DNA of 58,446 bases, from the NCBI GenBank assembly GCA_964487475.1, contig CAZAPM010000013.1, positions 1 through 58,446 on the forward strand, read 5' to 3'. Below are positions 1-7,652 of the stretch, piece by piece (positions within the stretch are counted from its first letter, which is position 1; each line of letters starts with the position of its first letter). A program made the translations under genes and the position numbers. The DNA comes from an uncultured Planctomycetales bacterium. GTDB lineage: Bacteria > Omnitrophota > Gorgyraeia > Gygaellales > Profunditerraquicolaceae. A model generated the notes under the pieces. It ran no database searches and had not been told where the DNA came from. It was given only the letters and a program-made list of their open reading frames with translations.

Positions 1-16
1 AATTCCGGGTTACTTG

Positions 17-54
17 TAACCACCAGGTCCTAGGTTCGAGTCCTAGAGGGGGAG
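17..54 (+). tRNA. 3' half of tRNA-Asn(GUU), positions 36-73; 5' half not contiguous (3' exon or att-site copy)
   Basis: TAA (36-38), CCACC anticodon 3' stem, AGGTC variable loop, CTAGG-TTCGAGT-CCTAG T-arm, AGGGGGA acceptor strand, G discriminator. A72/G73 indicate Asn. Upstream GGTTA cannot pair with CCACC. No encoded CCA. Confidence 0.8.
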
Positions 55-63
55 CTTTTTTTT

Positions 64-99
64 GCCCGCTGTGCGAGAATATGCCGCAGCGGGTTTTTT
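64..99 (+). terminator. Rho-independent terminator after tRNA
   Basis: GCCCGCTGTG...CGCAGCGGGT stem followed by a T-tract. Confidence 0.7.
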
Positions 100-191
100 A
101 TTTAACACACGCTACCCCACTGGAGCCAGAGGAATGCTTTATAAGTGCCGCATCGTCAAGGTGATGTCCAATTGTTTCCAGGTGTGTCCCG

Positions 192-220
192 TTGACAGGT
201 AGTCGCCGTTTTGCGATAAT
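192..220 (+). promoter_or_regulatory. sigma70-type promoter of PEP-CTERM gene
   Basis: TTGACA-N17-GATAAT with extended -10 TG. Confidence 0.5.
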
Positions 221-269
221 AAGGTATTGTCGTTCATCGTTGCCAATCTACTGACAAGGAAAAAGGAAA

Positions 270-1226
270 ATGGAAATGAAAAGTGCTCACATCGCTTCCG
301 GGTTTTCGTTCCAGAGGGTATGTATAGTACTGATCGCGCTCGCGACTTTTTTGGCGGGGTCCGGGCAACCGGCGCTGGCCAGTATTCAGGACAGGTACCA
401 GAGTTGGAGCTATTACGCAGACGGCGCCAATAACTATGTGTCCGATGACCACTCCTGGAAGATGCCTGAGAGCGCATGGCAGGGGAGCAGTGCGGTTGGA
501 TACGACGGTAATAATTTCGCGACGTCTTCGGTGGGGTTCGACAGCCACGGCAGCCTGGTGGCTAAAGTCGGTGTCAGTGTTGATGATACCCTCAACAGGG
601 TTCATACGGAATCCTCCTACCGGGATGACGGGTTCCAGTGCGGTGCAGATTCGTGTGGGACAGCGGTGCCCCTGGGGAGCAGCTTCTCGATGAGGTTGAA
701 ACAGGACGGCAGTTTTACCGCCGGCAGTCCCAATTACAGCCTGGGGTATACGCTGCGTACCGTTTCGACGGCCTATAACTTCCACTTTGCCGTGCAGCAG
801 GGGGAAGGGCCTTTGGCCCCTTACGGATGGTTTTCCACGGAGAATCTTGGCACCGGGGCAACGACCATGAAAAATATCGAAAGCGACCCGTCTTTTTTTA
901 ATCTGGTCTGGGAAGACGACGATCATGACGGGATTTATAACTTTTCCTATGATGTGAGTTTCTCGGGCAACACGGACGGAACGGCTTTTGGGGAAGAGCT
1001 CTCTGTGCAAGCCTATGCGCATGCCTCCGGCTCGGATCCCCAGTTTTTCGATTCGCTCAATTCGTTTTATGCGACCGTCACCAATCAGAATGCCGCGGGC
1101 GGCTTTTATCGGGGAAACCAGTTGATCGGGACGGCCGCGGTTGCTCCTGAACCGGTCAGTTCCGCCCTTTTCCTTTTTGGCGGCGGAATGTTGGCGTTGA
1201 GGCGATATCGAAGGAAAAAATCCTGA
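270..1226 (+). CDS. PEP-CTERM sorting domain surface protein
   Basis: N-terminal signal peptide, Ser/Gly/Asp-rich body, C-terminal APEPVSSALFLFGGGMLALRRYRRKKS (PEP, TM helix, basic tail). Confidence 0.88.
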   Translation: MEMKSAHIASGFSFQRVCIVLIALATFLAGSGQPALASIQDRYQSWSYYADGANNYVSDDHSWKMPESAWQGSSAVGYDGNNFATSSVGFDSHGSLVAKVGVSVDDTLNRVHTESSYRDDGFQCGADSCGTAVPLGSSFSMRLKQDGSFTAGSPNYSLGYTLRTVSTAYNFHFAVQQGEGPLAPYGWFSTENLGTGATTMKNIESDPSFFNLVWEDDDHDGIYNFSYDVSFSGNTDGTAFGEELSVQAYAHASGSDPQFFDSLNSFYATVTNQNAAGGFYRGNQLIGTAAVAPEPVSSALFLFGGGMLALRRYRRKKS

Positions 1227-1244
1227 TATCTTTTCGGAGGGGAT

Positions 1245-1487
1245 GTGGAGCATAAAACGACCGGCCAGATCGAGGCTCAGATCGCCGATTCGATCATCAA
1301 GTTCGAGAAAGAGTATTTTGGCCGGGGGCCCAAAGAAGGCAGGGCGTTCATACTCGGTGATATGGTATTGGTGCGCCTGAAAGGGGTGTTGACCCCGGCC
1401 GAGGAGCAGCTGGCGAAGACCGGCGAAGGCTCGGGACTGATCAAGAAGGTGCGTATGAGCCTCCTGGAGGGGTTGTCGGCCGGGTGA
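1245..1487 (+). pseudogene. C-terminally truncated DUF2294 (MpsC-like) protein
   Basis: GQIEAQIADSIIKFEKEYFGRGPKE...VLVRLKGVLTPAEEQLA is DUF2294-like. It stops at 80 aa and lacks the usual C-terminal segment. Confidence 0.6.
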
Positions 1488-1666
1488 TCTCCCTGCTCGT
1501 GGCAGGGATCTTCTTTTCCGTGACCGTCCATGCGGGCTTTGAGCTGGCCGGCCAGTCCGGTCTTTTGTCCGAGCGCCAGCTGATGCCTATCATGTCCTCG
1601 CTCATTACCCTCGGCTCCGCGTTGTTCATTGCCTCCGCGATCCTGGCCATCAGGAAGTTCAGGTAA
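1466..1666 (+). pseudogene. C-terminal fragment of a small membrane protein
   Basis: Frame reads GGVVGRVISLLVAGIFFSVTVHAGFELAG...IRKFR with two hydrophobic helices and no clear own RBS. It overlaps the truncated DUF2294 end. Confidence 0.4.
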
Positions 1667-1670
1667 TGCT

Positions 1671-1959
1671 ATGGCACCCGAGAGCGAGCATCTTTATCTG
1701 GAACTATTGAACAGGATCGTCGAGGTGCAAAGGGACCTATACGGAGATCTGGCCGTCAAGGTCGCCGCGAAGGTAAAAAAGCTCGAGTTATCCGCGGAGG
1801 GGAAAGTCGTAAAGATAGACGGTCCCGCAGATGCCGCCATCCGGGACCTGGTTTGGGAGTATGAATCATTGGGGGGGGGAACTCTCGAAGTTCTTCGCCT
1901 GCTCCGTGCTCGACGCGTATCGCAAGGATTATCCCGACTTGCGATTGCCTGAGGATTGA
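1671..1959 (+). pseudogene. small hypothetical protein, probably frameshifted at a G9 tract
   Basis: MAPESEHLYLELLNRIVEVQRDLYGDLAVKVA...YESLGG. With one less G at 1871-1879 it ends ELSKFFACSVLDAYRKDYPDLRLPED (stop 1959). Confidence 0.5.
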
Positions 1960-1982
1960 GCGTACCCAGTGTTTTTGCGGGG

Positions 1983-2011
1983 TTGACCCCTCCGGCATAA
2001 TGTGCTATAGT
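1983..2011 (+). promoter_or_regulatory. sigma70-type promoter
   Basis: TTGACC-N17-TATAGT with extended -10 TG. Confidence 0.65.
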
Positions 2012-2033
2012 TTCTAGGTAATAATGTTTGTCG

Positions 2034-2097
2034 CGTTGCAGTGGCGCAAGTGGTCAGAGCAATGAAGCTCACCTATGAGAAGGGTGAGCTTTTTTGT
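2034..2097 (+). ncRNA. candidate riboswitch/attenuator (DUF1646 / Na+-I-like aptamer plus intrinsic terminator)
   Basis: CGTTGC(2034-39)/GCAATG(2059-64) encloses a TGGC-GCAAGTG-GTCA hairpin, then terminator AAGCTCACC...GGTGAGCTT-TTTT. Lies between the promoter and the RBS. Confidence 0.5.
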
Positions 2098-2119
2098 TCT
2101 CTACTCGGAGGGTTATGCC

Positions 2120-2347
2120 ATGAGCGAAGACAATATGACCCCTCAGAACTGCTGGGAGTTCCATAATTGCGTCGATGCAACTCGGGATAAATGTCCGGCC
2201 TTTCCGAATGACGGAAGGAAATGCTGGGAAGTGGCGTCGACTTTTGACGGGTCCGGCTGTCCCAAGGTCAAAGGCGTGGGGATGAAATATTGCGTATTGA
2301 GCTGCGCCTGGTTCAAGAAGATATTCAAAAGACCCGGGGATAAATAG
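2120..2347 (+). CDS. two-CW domain cysteine-rich protein
   Basis: NCWEFHNC...KCPAF...RKCWEVAST...C...C...C pattern. GGAGG RBS at 2107-2111. Confidence 0.75.
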   Translation: MSEDNMTPQNCWEFHNCVDATRDKCPAFPNDGRKCWEVASTFDGSGCPKVKGVGMKYCVLSCAWFKKIFKRPGDK

Positions 2348-2356
2348 GAAGGCGCA

Positions 2357-3067
2357 GTGGCGGATATAACCTTAGCGGATTTTGAAAACGAAGGCCTCTA
2401 TATCATCTTTCCCGATCACACCCGCCTGGAGCTGACTAAGGAGAACATCGAGAAAAATAGCGAGCTCTTCTGGAATGACCCCGGTCGGATCGCCCCCGAA
2501 ATAAAAAAAGCCGTCGATTTCCGGAAATGCCATTTCTGCCCGCGAAAGAACCAGGAGGATATCTGTGATGCGATCCGGCCCGTGCTTCCCTTCCTGGATA
2601 AAATTGATCGTTACCTTTCCTTTGACGAAGTGACCGCGGTGTATAAAGGCAGCCGAAACGGCGTGCTGCACATACGGAAAACCTCCATGCAGGCGGCGCT
2701 GCAATATGTCGCGATGTTAAGCCTGCTGAGGTATAACATGGTGTTGAGGAAATACTGGAAGTATTATTACGGGGTGATCCCTTTGATGGACAGCGAAGAG
2801 GCTGCCTGCCGGATCTATCTGAACATGTACTGGCAGTGTAAGGGGGATAAGGCGAAGATCGATGCGCTTATTGCGGCGTTTAAGGAGGAGCTGAGGATCT
2901 CGAGCGCAAACCAGGTCAGCCGCCTGGGGCTGGTTTGCAAGAATGACGCGTTTATCAATTCCTTCCTTAAGATCCAGACCGTGTGCGATTTCCTGGAAAT
3001 GGATATCGAAGGGGCTATTTCGAAAGGCGTGGAGAGGTTCGAGAACTCCTACACGCATCATTTTTAG
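2357..3067 (+). CDS. DUF6901-like hypothetical protein
   Basis: FRKCHFCP...C...SFDEVTA...KTSMQAAL pattern, 236 aa, apparently co-transcribed with the two-CW gene. Confidence 0.6.
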   Translation: MADITLADFENEGLYIIFPDHTRLELTKENIEKNSELFWNDPGRIAPEIKKAVDFRKCHFCPRKNQEDICDAIRPVLPFLDKIDRYLSFDEVTAVYKGSRNGVLHIRKTSMQAALQYVAMLSLLRYNMVLRKYWKYYYGVIPLMDSEEAACRIYLNMYWQCKGDKAKIDALIAAFKEELRISSANQVSRLGLVCKNDAFINSFLKIQTVCDFLEMDIEGAISKGVERFENSYTHHF

Positions 3068-3506
3068 AGGATCGGCTGCGCACGAACATCACCCCCGCGG
3101 GGATAAAAAGCAGGGCGCAGAGCATGTACATCACCTCATAGCTGGCAAGGCCGTAGAGGGGGTTGGCCTGCAGCGGATAGAAGGGCCTGATATCGGAATA
3201 GAGGGGCGCATCCAGCAGCACGTGGAGCCACGCGCCCAGCACCCCGGAAACAAGTATTTTTTTCCACGCGTGCGTTTCTTTGCGCACCAGAACATATACC
3301 GCAGCGAACACCACTCCCGCCAGCGCACCGATCAGGAAGGTATGGCAAAGCCCGTGCTGAGGGTATTTCAGCCCGAAAAGCATGACCACCAGAGGTTCGA
3401 TATCGACCGCAAAATTGACGAGAATGAAAACCGGAAGGTGGATGAACCGCTTCAGCGGCAGTCCGATCGTGGCGGCAGGCCCTATATGGAATGGGGTCAG
3501 CGGCAT
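3015..3506 (-). CDS. membrane-bound metal-dependent hydrolase (YdjM/DUF4184-like)
   Basis: MPLTPFH, DIEP, HGLCHT, HVLLDA and DIRPFYP motifs. Confidence 0.75.
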   Translation of the reverse strand: MPLTPFHIGPAATIGLPLKRFIHLPVFILVNFAVDIEPLVVMLFGLKYPQHGLCHTFLIGALAGVVFAAVYVLVRKETHAWKKILVSGVLGAWLHVLLDAPLYSDIRPFYPLQANPLYGLASYEVMYMLCALLFIPAGVMFVRSRSSKNDACRSSRTSPRLSK

Positions 3507-3604
3507 GGCAGTCTTATGAGCGATGGGTATACTATTTTCTGCATGGTCCCCGGATGAATTTGCGTTATAATACCATTATATACAAAATTCGGATGGAGGG
3601 CAAG

Positions 3605-4006
3605 ATGAGGTCAGTGGTGTTGGTCATGTCGTTGCTCCTGTGGCAAACCTTTGCGCTTGCGCAGACGGGTCCGGAACGCGTGTTCGAAGCGTATAAAGCC
3701 GCCCTCAAGGACGGAGTTGCGGGGGAGTATCTCGAGCTGCTTACCGAGCAGTCCCGGATGATGGTGCATCCTACCCCCGGTCCCATGCAGCGTGAGTATT
3801 CCGATCTGCGGGACTTGACCTTCCGGGTGAGCCTGGAGGGCCCCAACAGGGCGGTGGTGAGCTTTACCCCTGCCAGCAGCAAGGTCCCCCCGTATGTCTT
3901 AAGAAAAGAGCGCGGCGAGTGGAAGATAGACCTTAAGACCATGAGCGAGGAGTATGTGTTCGATCACGATAACAACTGGCACCGGAAGGGCGCTGCCCGC
4001 CGGTAA
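3605..4006 (+). CDS. exported protein (NTF2/DUF4878-like)
   Basis: Signal peptide ALA-Q, C-terminal LRKERGEWKID, RBS GGAGGG. Confidence 0.65.
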   Translation: MRSVVLVMSLLLWQTFALAQTGPERVFEAYKAALKDGVAGEYLELLTEQSRMMVHPTPGPMQREYSDLRDLTFRVSLEGPNRAVVSFTPASSKVPPYVLRKERGEWKIDLKTMSEEYVFDHDNNWHRKGAARR

Positions 4007-4019
4007 GGAGGACCCGCAT

Positions 4020-4544
4020 ATGCGTAAGGCGTTCATTCCCGGGGTGGTAGTGCTTCTGGCAGCGGCCTGTCCCGCCGTCGCCCACGCGAACCTTGTGCTT
4101 CCCGCGATCGCGAACCAGTTCGCCGTCAGCTTCGCGGTCCCTTTTTACTGGTCGGTTGCGCTGGCCGTGCTGATCCTGGCGGTGGAAGCCGTATTTATCG
4201 GCAGACAGCTGGCGCTGAACTTCATCTCTTCCTTCGTGGCGGCATTCCTGATCAATCTCGCGACTTCCGTGCTCGGTGTCGTCGTATCCGTCATACCTTT
4301 CGGCAGCGGGAAGAATATCTTTGCGTACGGGGATATGAGGTTCGGCACACTGGCCGGGATGGTCCCGGGATATGTGTTCACGGTGCTGGTCGAATGGGGG
4401 CTCTTACTTCTTGGTTCGAAAATATCTGCCCGCGGCAGGAGCGCGGACGGATGTTTCAAGACCTCGGTGGTCATGAATCTCTACAGCTATGCGTTCCTGG
4501 CAGGGGCGGTGATCCTGGCGGATATGATGAAGCGCGGCGGGTGA
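4020..4544 (+). CDS. hypothetical membrane protein
   Basis: Signal peptide AHA-N followed by about 4 hydrophobic helices. RBS AAGGAGG. Confidence 0.7.
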   Translation: MRKAFIPGVVVLLAAACPAVAHANLVLPAIANQFAVSFAVPFYWSVALAVLILAVEAVFIGRQLALNFISSFVAAFLINLATSVLGVVVSVIPFGSGKNIFAYGDMRFGTLAGMVPGYVFTVLVEWGLLLLGSKISARGRSADGCFKTSVVMNLYSYAFLAGAVILADMMKRGG

Positions 4545-4569
4545 GAAGCGCCTCTTGACCCGAAGAGGC

Positions 4570-6471
4570 TTATCCCGACAGCTCTTCCAGTTCTTCCCAG
4601 CGGGCGTAGGCTTTTTCCAGCTCGAGGGATAAGGCTTCGCAGCGGGCTTTGGCTTTGGCGATCTCTGCGGGATCCTTCTGATAGAAGTCGAGGTCCGCGA
4701 AAAGGGCGTAAAGCCCGTTCTGTTCGGTTTCCAGCTTTTCGATCAAGGCGGGGAAGGCGTCGAGTTCCCGCTGCTCGTGATAGGTGAGTTTGCGTGCGGA
4801 GACGGGTTTCTTGGGCCGGCGGGTTTCTTTCGCCGGCTTTTCTTTTGCCGGCAGCGGTGATTTCGCTTTTCCGGCCTCGGCCCGTTGGAGGAGCCAGTCA
4901 TCATATCCTCCGGCGTATTCGTTGATCACGCCGTTGCCTTCCAGGACCATGGTCGAGGTCACGACGTTGTTGAGGAACGCCCGGTCATGGCTGACCAGGA
5001 GCAGTGTCCCGGGATATTCCAGCAGCAGCTCTTCCAGCAGTTCCAAAGTCTCGATATCCAGGTCGTTGGTCGGTTCGTCCATCACCAGCACGTTCGAAGG
5101 TTTTGAGAAAAGCCGCGCCAGGAACAGCCGGTTGCGCTCTCCTCCGGAGAGGACCTTGATCGGCGTGCGCGCCCGGTCGGGGGTAAAGAGGAAGTCCTGC
5201 AGGTAGCCGATGATGTGCCTGGGCTTGCCGTTGATGATGATGGTATCCGAGGCGCCGTTGACGTTCTCCGCTACGGTCTTGTCCTCTTCGAGCTCTTCCC
5301 GCAGCTGATCGTAGTATGCCACCTGGAGGTTGGTGCCTAAGGTGACTTTGCCCGTATGGGGGGAGAGCTTTCCCAGCAGCAGGCGAAGCAGGGTGGTCTT
5401 GCCGCTGCCGTTGGGCCCGATCACGCCGATCTTATCCCCGCGCATGATCTGGGTGTTGAAATCCTTGACCAGCTGCCGCGTGCCGTATCCGAAGCCCAGC
5501 TGTGCGACCTTGATCACCCGGTGGCCGGAAGGATCCGCTTTTTGCGCGCGCATGCGCACCAGGCCTTCCTCTTTGCGCTGGGTCTTCTTTTCCTCGCGCA
5601 GCCGCTCCAGGGCCTTGACCCGGCCTTCGTTGCGGCACCTGCGCGCTTTGACCCCTTTGCGGATCCAGATCTCTTCCTCGGCCAGTTTCTTGTCGAAATG
5701 ATTCCAGCGCGCCTCTTCGATATCGAGCGCCGCCTGCTTGCGCTCCAGGAACGTCGGGTAATCGCAGGCCCAGCTGTAGATCCTTCCTCGGTCGAGCTCG
5801 ATGATCCTGGTGGCCAGGCGGGTCATGAACATCCGGTCGTGGGTGACGAAGAACACCGTGCCGGGGTAATTGAGGAGGAAGGCTTCCAGCCAGAGCATCG
5901 AGTCGATATCGAGGTGGTTGGTCGGCTCGTCCAGAAGGAGCACCTCGGGTTTGAGCACCAGGGCCCGGGCTAAAAGCGCGCGGCGCTTCTGCCCGCCGGA
6001 CAAACCGGAAAAATCGCTGTCCGGGTCGAGCTTCATCTTGGCGATGACTTCGTCCACCTGGTTGTGCACGTCCCAGCTGCCGGTGTGCGTCAGCTCGTCC
6101 TGGAGGGCGTCGAGCTGCCGCAGCAGCTCCGGCGTATGCTCGGTTTCCAGGCGGTGGGTGAGCGCATGGTGGAGGCTCAAGAGCCCGGCGCGCTCCCCGA
6201 GGCCGGAGAGCACGATATCGAACACGCTGCCCGTAAGCTCGACCGGTACTTCCTGCGGCAGGTGCGCGACCTTGATCCCCTTCTGCACGATGACGGTGCC
6301 GGAATCGACCTGGTGCTCGCCGGTCATTACTTTCATCAGGGTAGTCTTGCCTGCGCCGTTGCGTCCGAGCAGCGCGATGCGCTCCCCGGGCTCCACCTGC
6401 AGGTTAAGGCAGTCGAAGAGTGCGGGCCCGCCGAACGCAAGAGAGATGTCCTGTAAACTTATCAGTGCCAT
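4570..6471 (-). CDS. uup: ABC-F family ATPase Uup
   Basis: Two ABC cassettes (GRNGAGKT, GPNGSGKT, LSGG, DEPTN), WIRKGVKARR linker, C-terminal coiled coil (RWEELE). Confidence 0.92.
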   Translation of the reverse strand: MALISLQDISLAFGGPALFDCLNLQVEPGERIALLGRNGAGKTTLMKVMTGEHQVDSGTVIVQKGIKVAHLPQEVPVELTGSVFDIVLSGLGERAGLLSLHHALTHRLETEHTPELLRQLDALQDELTHTGSWDVHNQVDEVIAKMKLDPDSDFSGLSGGQKRRALLARALVLKPEVLLLDEPTNHLDIDSMLWLEAFLLNYPGTVFFVTHDRMFMTRLATRIIELDRGRIYSWACDYPTFLERKQAALDIEEARWNHFDKKLAEEEIWIRKGVKARRCRNEGRVKALERLREEKKTQRKEEGLVRMRAQKADPSGHRVIKVAQLGFGYGTRQLVKDFNTQIMRGDKIGVIGPNGSGKTTLLRLLLGKLSPHTGKVTLGTNLQVAYYDQLREELEEDKTVAENVNGASDTIIINGKPRHIIGYLQDFLFTPDRARTPIKVLSGGERNRLFLARLFSKPSNVLVMDEPTNDLDIETLELLEELLLEYPGTLLLVSHDRAFLNNVVTSTMVLEGNGVINEYAGGYDDWLLQRAEAGKAKSPLPAKEKPAKETRRPKKPVSARKLTYHEQRELDAFPALIEKLETEQNGLYALFADLDFYQKDPAEIAKAKARCEALSLELEKAYARWEELEELSG

Positions 6472-6625
6472 AAGAGAGCCGTTCCGGTTATGTGGTCTGT
6501 ATCAAGGGAGGCAGTATTCTATCCTATTTTAAGGCGGTTGTATAGCGGTATGTCGCGCCGCAGCCTCGCCGCGTTGAAACCTTTTCCGGGTTCCGACATC
6601 AAAATACAGAGAGGGAGGAAGAGAT

Positions 6626-7339
6626 ATGATGGTCATCCGGAAGCCCGAGGATATTTTCAAGGCCCGGGGAGAGGTGGAACATGGTACGTTCTCGGGGAGG
6701 TGGCATTATTCCTTTGATTCGTACTATGACCCTAAGTTCATGAGCTACGGGAATCTGCGCGTGTTCAATGATGATACCCTTTCCCCGGGTGCGGTCTGGC
6801 CTCTGCATCCGCACCAGAACATCGAAGTGGTGACGTATTGTGCGGGCGGCGAGTTCCAGCATGCGGATGAGCACGGTGAAGGCGCAGTGCTGAAAAAAGG
6901 GTGGGTGCAGCATACCAGCGTGGGAAGAGGGATGTGGCATTCCGAGATTAACCACCGCCGGGATTCCCCCATGCGGTTCATACAGATGTGGTTCATACCG
7001 CAGCGGCTTAATCTGGACCCTTCGGTCGAGTATCGCAGGGTGGAGGAGGGGGAGAGGAGCGATGTGTTTTTCCCCCTGGTGTCGAATACCGATCCCGTTG
7101 CGCTCAAGATCTTCTCCGATGCGGAGGTGTTCTCCAGTTCCCTGCATGAAGGCCACGCCGTGGAGTATCCGTTGGGAAGAGCCCGCGGTGTCTATCTTTA
7201 TGTGGTGGAGGGCGGCCCAGTCCAGCTGGACGGACACCTCCTGCCGGAGTATTCGGCGGCACAGGTGCAGGACGTAGACCGGCTGCGCCTGCGCGCACAG
7301 CGCGACACGGAACTCCTGCTGGTCGATACCAGGATCTGA
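6626..7339 (+). CDS. pirin family protein (YhhW-like)
   Basis: LRVFNDD, HPHQNIEVVTY, HSEIN, FIQMW motifs. Confidence 0.9.
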   Translation: MMVIRKPEDIFKARGEVEHGTFSGRWHYSFDSYYDPKFMSYGNLRVFNDDTLSPGAVWPLHPHQNIEVVTYCAGGEFQHADEHGEGAVLKKGWVQHTSVGRGMWHSEINHRRDSPMRFIQMWFIPQRLNLDPSVEYRRVEEGERSDVFFPLVSNTDPVALKIFSDAEVFSSSLHEGHAVEYPLGRARGVYLYVVEGGPVQLDGHLLPEYSAAQVQDVDRLRLRAQRDTELLLVDTRI

Positions 7340-7367
7340 GAGAGAGGAATTATGGTATAATAGAATA

Positions 7368-7652
7368 ATGATGAACGATCCCAACGTGCGTCTTGTATAT
7401 TCTACCGATCCCATGCCGCCGGCGACGGGGGGGAAGGTGCGTGTGCGTTATGAGACCTCCGGACGAAAGGGAAAAGGAGTGACCGTCATCTCCGGGCTTC
7501 CCTTGGGCGAGGAGGGGCTGCGGGAGTTGGCCAGGCAGCTGAAGAGCCGGCTCGGCGCCGGAGGCGCGGTCAAAGGCCAGACGATCGAGGTGCAGGGAGA
7601 CCAGCGTAAGAAGGTGCCTGCGCTGCTGCGGGAACAGGGATTCGCGGTATGA
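7368..7652 (+). CDS. yciH: SUI1/YciH translation initiation factor
   Basis: RLVYSTD, GRKGKGVTVISGL, GAGGAVK, IEVQGD motifs. Confidence 0.9.
   Translation: MMNDPNVRLVYSTDPMPPATGGKVRVRYETSGRKGKGVTVISGLPLGEEGLRELARQLKSRLGAGGAVKGQTIEVQGDQRKKVPALLREQGFAV

Noticed and set aside
8..54. Reading as intact tRNA-Thr(UGU) from CTTGTAA
   Set aside because: The anticodon stem does not pair (GGTTA vs CCACC), and A72/G73 indicate Asn rather than Thr.
1485..1487. TGA read-through or selenocysteine to extend DUF2294
   Set aside because: The downstream frame gives no DUF2294-like sequence and stops again within about 12 codons.
57..4544. Prophage or integrative element next to the tRNA
   Set aside because: No integrase, transposase, phage gene or second tRNA-end repeat was seen in the window. 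Only an accessory-looking patch can be supported.
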